From Candidatus Flavonifractor merdigallinarum (GTDB lineage Bacteria > Bacillota > Clostridia > Oscillospirales > Oscillospiraceae), in assembly GCA_019115265.1 (NCBI GenBank), contig DXDX01000218.1:1-54276 (forward strand): a stretch of DNA of 54,276 nucleotides. The letters are read 5' to 3'. Made by a program: the position numbers and the translations under genes. Shown here piece by piece: positions 13,365 through 22,835 of this stretch. How positions within the stretch are numbered: position 1 is the first letter of the stretch; each line of letters opens with the position of its first letter. The notes below the pieces were generated by a model. The model did not search any database. It was given only the letters and a program-made list of their open reading frames with translations, and was not told the origin of the DNA.

Positions 13365-15200
13365 TCAGCTTCTTTTCATCCACAGGAACCCGTATCCGGG
13401 CAGGTTCAGAGACCCGCCCTCCAGCTTCTGCCCGCTCACCAGGTCGGTCATGGACCCCGCCGGGCACCAGGCATCCTGGGGATGCTCCGAGAAATTAAAG
13501 AGGGCGATCAGCTCCTCCCCGCCATACCGGCGGCAGATGGCCAGCACGCAACGGTTTCCGGCGTCCAGCAGAGTGACCTCGGCGTCAGCCCGGAACACCT
13601 GCTCCCTCCCCCGGATGATCTCCAGCCGCCGCAGGGCCTGAAACATCCGGCCGGGAACGGTGCTCTCATCCCGGCACAGGGCCGCCTGGTCCCACTGGAA
13701 GCTGCCCCGGTGGACATACCGGCTGTCGTCGAACTTGGCCGGGTCGCCGTGATAGTGATAGTCGTTCAGCTGTCCCAGCTCATCGCCGCTGTACAGGACC
13801 GGAATGCCGCTCTGGGAGAACATCCATGCGTGGAGCATCCAATCACAGCGGATGGCGCGCTCCAGCGCATCGGGATCGCCGCTGTCCAGGGCGCTCTCCA
13901 CACCACAGAGCGAGGCGGTGGTGCCGCACAGCCGGGCGTCTCCCAGACGGGGGTCGTCGTTGTAGAGCTCTCCCCGGGACCAACTGCCCGGCCACCGTCC
14001 GGTGAACCAGTCGTTGAGGTATTTCTTGTGGGGAACCTCCTCCTCGCCCTGCCACCGGGCCAGCCAGGAATAGTCCAGGCCCCAGCCGATGTCGTCGTGG
14101 CAGCGGAGGTAATTCTGAAACAGATAGCTCCGGGGCAGGGCAAAGACCTGCTCCATCTGGTGGCGGAGCAGCCCCACATCTCGGGTAGCCACCGTGTGCC
14201 AGGTGGTGCACATGGTGGTCACATTGTAGAGCATATCGCACTCAGGCCGCTCCGGTGTGCCGAAGTAGGGCGCCACCTTGGCGGGCTCCATGACCACCTC
14301 GCCCAGCAGCAGCACACCGGGGCACACCACCTGACAGGCCAGATGGATCAGCCGCACCAGGGTGTGCACCTGGGGCAGGTTGCGGCAGTTGGTGCCCAGT
14401 TGCTTCCAGATATAGGGCACCGCGTCCAGCCGAATCACATCCATGCCCCGGTTGGCCAGGTACAGCAGATTCTCCGTCATGTCGTTGAATACCATGGGGT
14501 TGCTGTAATTCAGATCCCACTGGAAGGGGTAGAACGAGGTCATGACCACCTGGTTGCAGTCGGGCAGATAGGTAAAGTTCCCCGGCGCGGTGGTGGGGAA
14601 CACCTGAGGAACCGTCCGCTCGAACTGATTGGGGATGTCCCAGTTATCATAGAAAAAATAGCGGCTTCTGGCCACCGGGTCACCCGCTCGGGCGGCCTTG
14701 GCCCAGGGGTGCTCCTCGCTGGTGTGGTTGAGCACAAAATCCAGGCACAGGGCAATGCCCTCTCCCCGGCAGGCGTCAGCCAGGGCCTCCAAATCCTCCA
14801 TGGTACCCAGATCGGGGCGCACCTTGCGGAAATCGGACACGGCATAGCCGCCGTCGCTCTTCCCCTCCGGGGAATCCAGCAGGGGCATCAGGTGGAGATA
14901 GTTGATGCCGCACTCCTTCAGATAGGGCAGCTTCTCCTCCACCCCCCGCAGCGTACCAGCAAAGCAGGAGGGATAGAGCATCATGCCCAGCATCCGGCTG
15001 GAGCGGCACCAGTCCGGGTCCCCCAGCCGCTTCTCGTCCTGCTGCCGCAGGACGGGTTTCCGCTGGTCCAGGGATCGCTCCAGCATTCCGAGGAAATAGG
15101 AGAAGGCCTCCTCATTCCGTCCATAGAGCGAGACAAAGAGGTTCCACATCTCCTCGCGGCAGGGCTGAAGCCGCGCCTCAAATAGCTCCTGGTTTTTCAC
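13365..15200 (-). CDS. GH13 amylosucrase / sucrose hydrolase-like enzyme
   Basis: DGGYAVSD, DFVLNHTS, QWDLNY, RLDAVPYIWK, GEVVM, RCHDDIGW, DDSRYVHR; GTG start overlaps the kinase stop. Confidence 0.88.
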   Translation of the reverse strand: MKNQELFEARLQPCREEMWNLFVSLYGRNEEAFSYFLGMLERSLDQRKPVLRQQDEKRLGDPDWCRSSRMLGMMLYPSCFAGTLRGVEEKLPYLKECGINYLHLMPLLDSPEGKSDGGYAVSDFRKVRPDLGTMEDLEALADACRGEGIALCLDFVLNHTSEEHPWAKAARAGDPVARSRYFFYDNWDIPNQFERTVPQVFPTTAPGNFTYLPDCNQVVMTSFYPFQWDLNYSNPMVFNDMTENLLYLANRGMDVIRLDAVPYIWKQLGTNCRNLPQVHTLVRLIHLACQVVCPGVLLLGEVVMEPAKVAPYFGTPERPECDMLYNVTTMCTTWHTVATRDVGLLRHQMEQVFALPRSYLFQNYLRCHDDIGWGLDYSWLARWQGEEEVPHKKYLNDWFTGRWPGSWSRGELYNDDPRLGDARLCGTTASLCGVESALDSGDPDALERAIRCDWMLHAWMFSQSGIPVLYSGDELGQLNDYHYHGDPAKFDDSRYVHRGSFQWDQAALCRDESTVPGRMFQALRRLEIIRGREQVFRADAEVTLLDAGNRCVLAICRRYGGEELIALFNFSEHPQDAWCPAGSMTDLVSGQKLEGGSLNLPGYGFLWMKRS

Positions 15201-16168
15201 GGTGCGGCCTCCTCCTTCCCGCCGGTCACCTCGTCCAGCACCGGCATGGCGGGGATGGCCCCAGGCCGGGTGCAGGTCAGGGCGGCGGCCCGGTTGGCAA
15301 AGTCCAGCTCACGCTCCAGCTTCTCCGGCGTGAGCCCCTCCAGGCCGCCGCACCGCACCAGGCGGGACAGCAGGCCCCCCAGGAAGGTGTCCCCAGCGCC
15401 GTTGGTGTCGGCCACTTGGACGGTCTGAGCCGGCACCTGTCCGGTGGAAGTGCCCAGACGGTAGAAACTGCCGCCCTCTCCCAGGGTGGCCACAATCAGT
15501 GGGGTCCCGTACTTCTCATAGAGGGAGCGGGTGCCCGCCTCCAAATCCCGGATTCCGGTCAACAGCTCCAGCTCCTCCTCCGCCACCTTGAGCACATGGC
15601 ACAGGGACAGCGGCTCCTTCATCCGGGCCACGGCGGTCTCCTGGTCTGGCCACAGGTTGGCCCGGTAGTTGGGGTCGTAGCTGAGGAGGATACCCAGCTC
15701 TCTGGCCCGCCGGGCGGCCTCCAGGGTGGCGCTCCGGGCGGGCTCTGCCGTCAGGCTCACCGAACCGAAGTGGAGAAATATGGGCCTCTCCTCATAGGCC
15801 TCTATGGCCTGTACAGCCTCCTCCCGGGTGAGCTGGGTATCCGCTCCGGGAGTGCGGTAAAAGGCAAAGCTCCGCTCCCCGGCGGCGTCCACACTGACCA
15901 CCGCCAGGGTGGTCAAATCCTTTCCGCTCTCATACAGTCCGGACACGTCCACCTGATTGCGGGTAAGCGTCTCCCGGATAGACGCGCCAAAGGCGTCCCG
16001 GCCCACCTTGCCGATGAAGGCCGCCTTGGCTCCCAGCCGTGCGGCAGCCACCGCTACATTGGCGGGAGCGCCGCCGGGGAACGCGGCATAGTGGCGGATG
16101 TGGCCGGAGTCCTCTGCGGTCTGCGTCAGGTCAATAAGGGCCTCCCCCATTGTTACAATTTCTGGCAT
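15197..16168 (-). CDS. PfkB family carbohydrate kinase (probable fructokinase)
   Basis: PGGAPANVA, SYDPNYR, DTNGAGDTF. Confidence 0.9.
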   Translation of the reverse strand: MPEIVTMGEALIDLTQTAEDSGHIRHYAAFPGGAPANVAVAAARLGAKAAFIGKVGRDAFGASIRETLTRNQVDVSGLYESGKDLTTLAVVSVDAAGERSFAFYRTPGADTQLTREEAVQAIEAYEERPIFLHFGSVSLTAEPARSATLEAARRARELGILLSYDPNYRANLWPDQETAVARMKEPLSLCHVLKVAEEELELLTGIRDLEAGTRSLYEKYGTPLIVATLGEGGSFYRLGTSTGQVPAQTVQVADTNGAGDTFLGGLLSRLVRCGGLEGLTPEKLERELDFANRAAALTCTRPGAIPAMPVLDEVTGGKEEAAP

Positions 16169-16200
16169 GTTCTTCCACCTTCTTCTCTCGAATTACGCTA

Positions 16201-16914
16201 TTAAGATATAGTATGGGAATCCTCCTCCTGGGCTGGTTCCTCAGCTGCGGGACAGTAGTCCCGCAGCAGGGTGCGCAGGAAAAAGTTGGACAGCAGACAG
16301 GGGACGGAGAAGCCCAGCACCAGCATATAGATCAGGCTGATAGGCAGCTCCAGAATGCCGAACAGGAGCAGGCCGTACCCCGTTACCGCGGCCAGAATGG
16401 GCCGGAGGGGCATGCCCAGTCCCAGAGTCAGAGCCAGCCGGAGGGCGGACGTCCACTTCATACCGGTACTCATCGCGCCGTACAGGCAGCCCGATGTGAG
16501 CAGGGTCACCAGCAGGATGGTGGAGCACACCAGGAAGGGGACCAGCATCATCAGATTCCGGCTGGCCTGCATCAGATAGAACCAGGCGCCAAAGCCGGAG
16601 GCTGCCATGGGAACAGCGGTCAGGAGAAATGCGCCGTAGGACCGCTTCCAGTTGGTACGGAAGGCGGCGCGGTAGTCATAAAGGCACAGCACCGGCTGGT
16701 CTAGCATCATCTTCCGGATCACCTGATTCATGGCGAAGATGGCCGGGGGGATGGTGACCACCGGGATACAGGAGACGAGGAACAGCAGATTCAAAAGAAA
16801 GATGGCCCCCGCCTCCAGCTGGAGAATCTGGAGCAGGCGGGCCGGGCCGGTTTTTTCCGGCTCATCCGGGCGGATACCTGGCCCCGGGGTATTGTAGTCT
16901 TTTTGGAACAGCAA
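16201..16914 (-). CDS. DUF624/YesL-like membrane protein
   Basis: LNLLFLVSCIPVVTIPPAIFAM motif, several TM segments, sugar-ABC context; TTG start at 16914 chosen from the RBS. Confidence 0.75.
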   Translation of the reverse strand: MLFQKDYNTPGPGIRPDEPEKTGPARLLQILQLEAGAIFLLNLLFLVSCIPVVTIPPAIFAMNQVIRKMMLDQPVLCLYDYRAAFRTNWKRSYGAFLLTAVPMAASGFGAWFYLMQASRNLMMLVPFLVCSTILLVTLLTSGCLYGAMSTGMKWTSALRLALTLGLGMPLRPILAAVTGYGLLLFGILELPISLIYMLVLGFSVPCLLSNFFLRTLLRDYCPAAEEPAQEEDSHTIS

Positions 16915-17207
16915 ACGAATCCCTTCCCTTCTCCACATCCTTATCAGCGTGAACATATCATACCATTTCAGACAATGCAAGAGCAATAAACTGATGACAG
17001 AGGTAATTTAGTGATATATCCATGTTTGGCGGGCGCAATATCATCTTTTTACCGACAGCATCAACATTTTACGGTTGCACAGGCGCAGCACCCATGCTAT
17101 TCTAGGTGCCAAAGGAGCCAATCCGGGCACAGTTCGACCGAAAGGCCGGTCAACATCATCAATAAATTACCTGTTTGGTCATATGAAAACAATGGAGGTC
17201 AAGGATC

Positions 17208-18308
17208 ATGGCAAGCATTACGTTCAAGCACGTCAATAAAACCTACCCCGGCAATGTGACCGTCGTCCCCGATCTGAATCTGGAGATCCAAGACAAGGAA
17301 TTTGTGATTCTGGTAGGCCCCTCCGGCTGCGGCAAGTCCACCACTCTGCGGATGATCGCCGGGCTGGAGGATATCACCAGCGGCGAGCTGTACATTGGTG
17401 ACCGGCTGGTCAACGATGTGGCACCCAAGGACCGGGATATCGCTATGGTCTTTCAGAACTATGCCCTCTATCCCCACATGACGGTGTACAAGAACATCGC
17501 CTTCGGCCTGCTGCAGCAGAAGGTGCCCAAAGACGAGATCGACCGCCGGGTCCATGAGGCAGCCCGGGCCCTGGATCTGGAGGGCCTGCTCAACCGCAAG
17601 CCCAAGGCCCTCTCCGGCGGACAGCGGCAGCGCGTCTCCCTGGGGCGCGCCATGGTGCGCAACCCCGCTGTGTTCCTGCTGGACGAGCCTCTCTCCAACC
17701 TGGACGCCAAGCTGCGCACCTCCATGCGCGCCGAGATCAGCCGCCTGCACAAGCGCCTGCAAACCACCTTCGTCTACGTCACCCACGACCAGACCGAGGC
17801 CATGACCATGGGCGACCGCATCGTGGTTATGAAGGACGGCGTCATCCAGCAGAACGACGCCCCCCAGGTGCTCTACGACTCCCCCTGCAACCTGTTTGTG
17901 GCGGGCTTCATTGGCTCTCCCCAGATGAACTTCCTGGACGCCGTAATTGTCAAGGAGGGCAGCGGCTATGCCGCCCAGGTGTGCGGCTCCACTGTGGCGC
18001 TGCCCGCCCGCATGAACGAGGCGGCGGCCCCCTATGCGGGCAAGACCGTGGTGCTGGGCATCCGTCCCGAGGATATCATCGCGGCGGACGCCGGACAGGC
18101 CGACGCCTCCGGCATAACCTCCACCGTGGAGATTGCTGAGCTGATGGGCGCTGAGATCAGCCTGCATGTAAACTGCCAGGGCAGCCAGCTGGTGATCCGC
18201 GCCGAGCCCACCTTCAAGGGCCGGGAGGGCGACACCGCAATCCTCACCTTCAAAAACGAGAAGATCCACCTCTTTGACAAGGAGACCGAGCAGGCCATCG
18301 CCCACTGA
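17208..18308 (+). CDS. msmK: Multiple-sugar ABC transporter ATP-binding protein
   Basis: [43 protein letters not shown]. Confidence 0.93.
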   Translation: MASITFKHVNKTYPGNVTVVPDLNLEIQDKEFVILVGPSGCGKSTTLRMIAGLEDITSGELYIGDRLVNDVAPKDRDIAMVFQNYALYPHMTVYKNIAFGLLQQKVPKDEIDRRVHEAARALDLEGLLNRKPKALSGGQRQRVSLGRAMVRNPAVFLLDEPLSNLDAKLRTSMRAEISRLHKRLQTTFVYVTHDQTEAMTMGDRIVVMKDGVIQQNDAPQVLYDSPCNLFVAGFIGSPQMNFLDAVIVKEGSGYAAQVCGSTVALPARMNEAAAPYAGKTVVLGIRPEDIIAADAGQADASGITSTVEIAELMGAEISLHVNCQGSQLVIRAEPTFKGREGDTAILTFKNEKIHLFDKETEQAIAH

Positions 18309-18332
18309 GTACAAACAGGCCCATGGACCAGA

Positions 18333-18373
18333 GAAGGGACAGGCGGCGGCACTCATCCGCCCCTGTCCCTTTT
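18333..18373 (+). terminator. Probable terminator after msmK
   Basis: AAGGGACAGG..CCTGTCCCTTTT stem. Confidence 0.55.
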
Positions 18374-18388
18374 GGGGAGGAACGCCAC

Positions 18389-19276
18389 ATGATTTCCAAT
18401 CCACCAAAAGCGCGGGAAATCCGTCCTGCCCCACCTGACCCGGCTGTGAGCGATCTGCTGACCCTCTCCTCCGCCCGGGTCCTGGTCCTGCCCTCCGGCG
18501 GCCTCCACCGGGGCTACGCCGGGGATCTGTGCTGCTGTCTCCTGGCCGCCGTTCAGGGGGCACTCACCGTCTCCTCTTACGCCCGCAGCGACATCCTCTC
18601 CCCGGGCCAGGCCCTGGCCCTTTCCCAGTGCGGCGAATTCGATGTGCAGTCTGTGGGGGAGGGCGTGGGGATGCTGGTCCGTCTCCAGGGAGATCTGCCC
18701 GGCCGGCTGCTGGCCAGCCGGCTGAGCGACGGCGCCGTGCTCTTTCCCCGAGGGGGTGGCGCGGTGCGGGAGGCGGTACTCTCCCTGTCCGTTCTGGAGG
18801 ATGAACACGCTCCGGTCAGCGGAACAGCGGCCTCCGCCTACGCCTATACCATGCTGACCAACCTGATCAGCGGCCCTGCCGCAGGCGCGGACAGCCGGAG
18901 CGAAGAGCCTCTCTCCCCTCTGGTGGAGGCGGCGGTGGGCATCATTCAGGAGGAATTCCCCTTCCTGGAGGGGCTGGACGAGCTGGCCGAGCGTCTGGAG
19001 GTGTCCAAGTCCCACCTGATCCGGACCTTTACCAAGCAGACTGGGGTCTCTCCTGGCCGGTACATCACCCATATGCGGGTGGAATACGCCAAGCTCCTCC
19101 TCCGGGGCGAGGACCCCTCCATCGCCTATGTGGCAGAGGCCTCCGGCTTCGCCAACGCCAACTATTTTGCCAAGGTGTTCCGCCGGGAGACCGGCATGTC
19201 GCCCAGCGAATATCTGGAAACCGCCCCCCGGCAGGAGCGGAAAGGCCCGCCCAAGCGGGCGCCCTTCCTGTGGTAA
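18389..19276 (+). CDS. AraC family transcriptional regulator
   Basis: C-terminal double HTH LAERLEVSKSHLIRTF...GFANANYFAKVFRRETGMSP; ATG 18389 after GGAGG. Confidence 0.88.
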   Translation: MISNPPKAREIRPAPPDPAVSDLLTLSSARVLVLPSGGLHRGYAGDLCCCLLAAVQGALTVSSYARSDILSPGQALALSQCGEFDVQSVGEGVGMLVRLQGDLPGRLLASRLSDGAVLFPRGGGAVREAVLSLSVLEDEHAPVSGTAASAYAYTMLTNLISGPAAGADSRSEEPLSPLVEAAVGIIQEEFPFLEGLDELAERLEVSKSHLIRTFTKQTGVSPGRYITHMRVEYAKLLLRGEDPSIAYVAEASGFANANYFAKVFRRETGMSPSEYLETAPRQERKGPPKRAPFLW

Positions 19277-19620
19277 GCGCTCCTACACAGCACATTATGA
19301 TATATTGAATTCCTCAGTTTTTCTTTCTTCGCGCCGCTGCTGTCGAACTGCGTCTTACTATCCTCCTAATAGATTCCATCTATTTTGTATGATTGCACAA
19401 AATACAGGTATTGAAACTTCATATTTTCACGAAAATGTTCGGAATATACCCATATGTCGTTTTATATGCGCTTAAGGCGCATTGTACGATATATGGGTAT
19501 ATTTTTATGGTACACTTTCATTTACAGTCTGGAGTGAAATATTATATGATGAAGGCAACTTAAAACACCGGTTCCGGTGCCGCCGCAGCCCCGGATTCGG
19601 TCCACAGGAGGAGAAATGTC

Positions 19621-20904
19621 ATGAAAAAAGTACCACACATATCAGCACTGCTGCTGGCAGCCGTGCTGATACTGCCGCTCTCCGGATGTGGTTCGTCAGA
19701 TGGAAAGACCCACCTGACCTTCCAGATCTGGGATGTGGCACAGCGGGACGGTATGCAGGCCATGTGCGATGCCTATACCGCCAATGTAAACCCCGACGTG
19801 GTCATTGAGGTCCAGGTCACCAGCTGGAGCTAATACTGGACCAAGCTGGAGGCCGCCGCCGAGAGCAACACCCTGCCGGATCTGTTCTGGATGCACACCG
19901 ACCAGATCCTCTATTATTCCGAGTTCGGCATGCTGGCGGATGTCACCGATCTGTTCCCCTATGAGGACCATTACAGCGAGATCTCCATCAGCAACGCCCA
20001 GGGCTCCGACGGGCGGATGTACGGCGTGCCCAAGGACAAGGACAATGTGTGTCTGGTCTACAACCGGAACATGTTCGACGCCGCCGGTGTGGACTATCCC
20101 GACGAGACCTGGACCTGGGATGACCTGGTGAGCGCCTCCCAGGCCATCTACGACGCCACCGGAAACTACGGCTACATGGCCTACAACGACGAGCAGCTGG
20201 GCTATCACAACTTCGTCTATCAGAATGGCGGGTGCATTCTGACTGAGGACAAGACCAAGGGCGGCTTTGATCAGCCCGCCACCCGGGACGCCGTGAAGTT
20301 CTATGTGGATTTGCAGAAAAACGACTGGTGCCCCAACCAGGCCTATTTTGCCGAGACCACTCCCGGCACCGCCTTCTTCTCCGGCAAGGGCGCCATGTTC
20401 CTGGAGGGCAGCTGGAATCTGCTGGCCGAGATGACCAACTACCCCGACATGGTGGGCCAGTGGGATGTGGCGGTGCTGCCCGCCGCCCCCGACCCGGTCA
20501 GCGGCGACGGCCGGGCCACCATCTCCAACGGCCTGACCTACGCCACCGGCGCCCACGGCAAACACCTGGACATTGCCCTCGATGTCCTGAAGTACTTCGC
20601 CGGCGAGGAGGCCCAGCGCATCCAGGGCGAGTCCGGCGCCGCCATCCCCGCCTATGAGGGGCTGGAGGAGACCTGGATCAGCGCCTTCGACCAGTTTGGG
20701 TATCAGCTGGATCTGGAGGCGGTGATGAGCCAGTTCGACTACTGCATCCAGTACGTCAACAACTCCGCCCGTCCCAAGTGGAAGAGCGGCGTGGTGGATA
20801 TTATGACCAGCATCTACAACGGTTCAGTGGACATTGACACCGGTCTGGATCAGATCCAGAACCTGATCAACACCGAGACCGCCAAGAAGCTGGCAGATTC
20901 CTGA
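19621..20904 (+). pseudogene. Sugar ABC substrate-binding lipoprotein interrupted by an in-frame TAA at 19831-19833
   Basis: ORFs 19621-19833 (lipobox LSGC) and 19891-20904 are in the same frame; reading through gives VTSWS*YWTKLEAAAESNTLPDLFWMH, a continuous family-1 SBP. Confidence 0.85.
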
Positions 20905-20919
20905 GAGGAGGGGTGACAC

Positions 20920-21816
20920 ATGAAAAAAAGCGCGCTAAAGCTCTCAGCCGCCGCCCGGCGGGAAGAGCACTGGGGTTATCTGATGATCGCCCCCACCATT
21001 CTCGGTCTGGTGATTCTGAACCTGTGGCCGTTCATCCAGACCATTTACACCAGCTTCTGTGAGCACCTGGGCTTTGGACACTACAAGTTTATCGGCCTGG
21101 GCAACTATGTGGAGATGTTCCAGAGCCCGGAGGTATGGCGGGCCACCTGGAATACCATTCTCTTTTGTATCCTCACCGTGCCGGTGGGCCTGTTCCTGTC
21201 CCTGCTGGTGGCCATGATGCTCAATGCCCATATCCGGGCCAAGGGTTTGTTCCGCACCATCTTCTTCCTGCCCATGGTCTGCGCCCCCGCCGCTGTCACC
21301 ATGGTGTGGCGCTGGATCTTCAACAGTGACTACGGCATCCTCAATCAGCTGCTGGGCACCAACATCAACTGGATTACCGACTCCAAGTTTGTGATGATCG
21401 CCTGCGCCATCGTGGCCATCTGGAGCAACATCGGCTATGACGCGGTGCTGCTGCTGGCCGGACTGCAAAACATCTCCAAGAGCTACTACGAGGCCGCCGA
21501 GATTGACGGCACCAGCAAGATCAACCAGTTCTTACAGATCACCCTGCCCATGGTCTCCCCCACCCTGTTCGTCGTTATGATCATGCGCCTGATGTCCTCC
21601 ATCAAGGTCTACGACCTCATCTACATGATGGTGGAGGACACCAACCCGGCCCTGACCAGCGTACAGAGCCTGATGTACCTGTTCTACCGGGAGACCTTTG
21701 TGGCCGGCAGCCGCGGCTACGGCGCCGCCATTGTGGTGTGGACCGTGGTTCTCATCGGCATCATCACCGTCATCCAGTTCATCGGCCAGAAGAAGTGGGT
21801 CAACTATGATGTATAA
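20920..21816 (+). CDS. Sugar ABC transporter permease
   Basis: FIGLGNY, FRTIFFLP, EAA loop YEAAEIDG. Confidence 0.92.
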   Translation: MKKSALKLSAAARREEHWGYLMIAPTILGLVILNLWPFIQTIYTSFCEHLGFGHYKFIGLGNYVEMFQSPEVWRATWNTILFCILTVPVGLFLSLLVAMMLNAHIRAKGLFRTIFFLPMVCAPAAVTMVWRWIFNSDYGILNQLLGTNINWITDSKFVMIACAIVAIWSNIGYDAVLLLAGLQNISKSYYEAAEIDGTSKINQFLQITLPMVSPTLFVVMIMRLMSSIKVYDLIYMMVEDTNPALTSVQSLMYLFYRETFVAGSRGYGAAIVVWTVVLIGIITVIQFIGQKKWVNYDV

Positions 21817-21831
21817 GGGAGGAGTACAACA

Positions 21832-22671
21832 ATGAGATTGAGTTCTGCGCGCAATGCAAAACGGCTGACCACCATCCTGATTTACATCTTCCTCATCCTG
21901 GGCACCGTTATTATGATCTTCCCCTTTGTGTGGATGATCCTGACCAGCTTCAAAACCCAGACGGAGAGCATGCAGATCCCGCCTGTGATCTTCCCCTCTC
22001 ACTGGAATCTGGACAACTTTTTGGACGCGGTGGCTTCCCTGCCCTTCGTCAACATGTATGTCAATACCGCTCTCATGGTCCTGTTCCGGGTCATCTGCGC
22101 GGTGGTGTTCAGCTCCATGGCCGGCTATGCCTTTGCCAAGCTGAAATTCCGGGGCAAAAATCTCCTCTTCGGTCTCATCCTGGTGCAGATGTCTCTCCCC
22201 TCTCAGATTTTTATCCTGCCCCAGTACCAGATGGTGGCCAAGCTGGGGATGGCCAATTCCATCTTTGCTCTGGTATTTCCCGGCATCGTCTCCGCCTTCG
22301 GCACCTTCTTCCTGCGGCAGACCTACATGGGCATTCCCAACGAGATCGCCGAGGCGGCCTGCCTGGATGGGTGCAATCAGTTTGAGACCTTTGTCAAGGT
22401 CATGTTCCCTCTCACCGGCACCTCGGTAGCCGCCCTGACCATCTTTACCGCCGTGTTTGCCTACGGCGACCTGATGTGGCCTCTGGTGGTCAACTCCGAC
22501 CTGAAGATGATGACTTTGTCCTCCGGCCTTGCCACCCTGCGCGGTCAGTTCTCCACCAACTTCCCCGTCCTGATGGCGGGCAGCCTGCTGGCCATGCTGC
22601 CCATGGTGGTCCTCTATATGATCTTCCAGCGCCAGTTCATTGAGGGCATCGCCAACACCGGCGGCAAATAA
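21832..22671 (+). CDS. Sugar ABC transporter permease
   Basis: PFVWMILTSFK, AGYAFAKL, EAACLDG, FQRQFIEG. Confidence 0.92.
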   Translation: MRLSSARNAKRLTTILIYIFLILGTVIMIFPFVWMILTSFKTQTESMQIPPVIFPSHWNLDNFLDAVASLPFVNMYVNTALMVLFRVICAVVFSSMAGYAFAKLKFRGKNLLFGLILVQMSLPSQIFILPQYQMVAKLGMANSIFALVFPGIVSAFGTFFLRQTYMGIPNEIAEAACLDGCNQFETFVKVMFPLTGTSVAALTIFTAVFAYGDLMWPLVVNSDLKMMTLSSGLATLRGQFSTNFPVLMAGSLLAMLPMVVLYMIFQRQFIEGIANTGGK

Positions 22672-22835
22672 TCCGCCTCCTGACATGCGACAGCCTCGGC
22701 AGCCACTGCCCATCAGCCTGCCGGGGCTGCCGCGTTTTCTGCATCAATTTCGCATATCCTATTGAATCTCACCGGAATTTCCCTTAAAATAGCCTGGAGA
22801 ATTCCATTTTTATCTTTCTTTGCGAGGAGTCTTCT

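Noticed and set aside
19831-19833. Stop-codon recoding (Sec/Pyl or alternative code) in the sugar-binding protein
   Set aside because: The codon is TAA, which is used as a normal stop throughout the window
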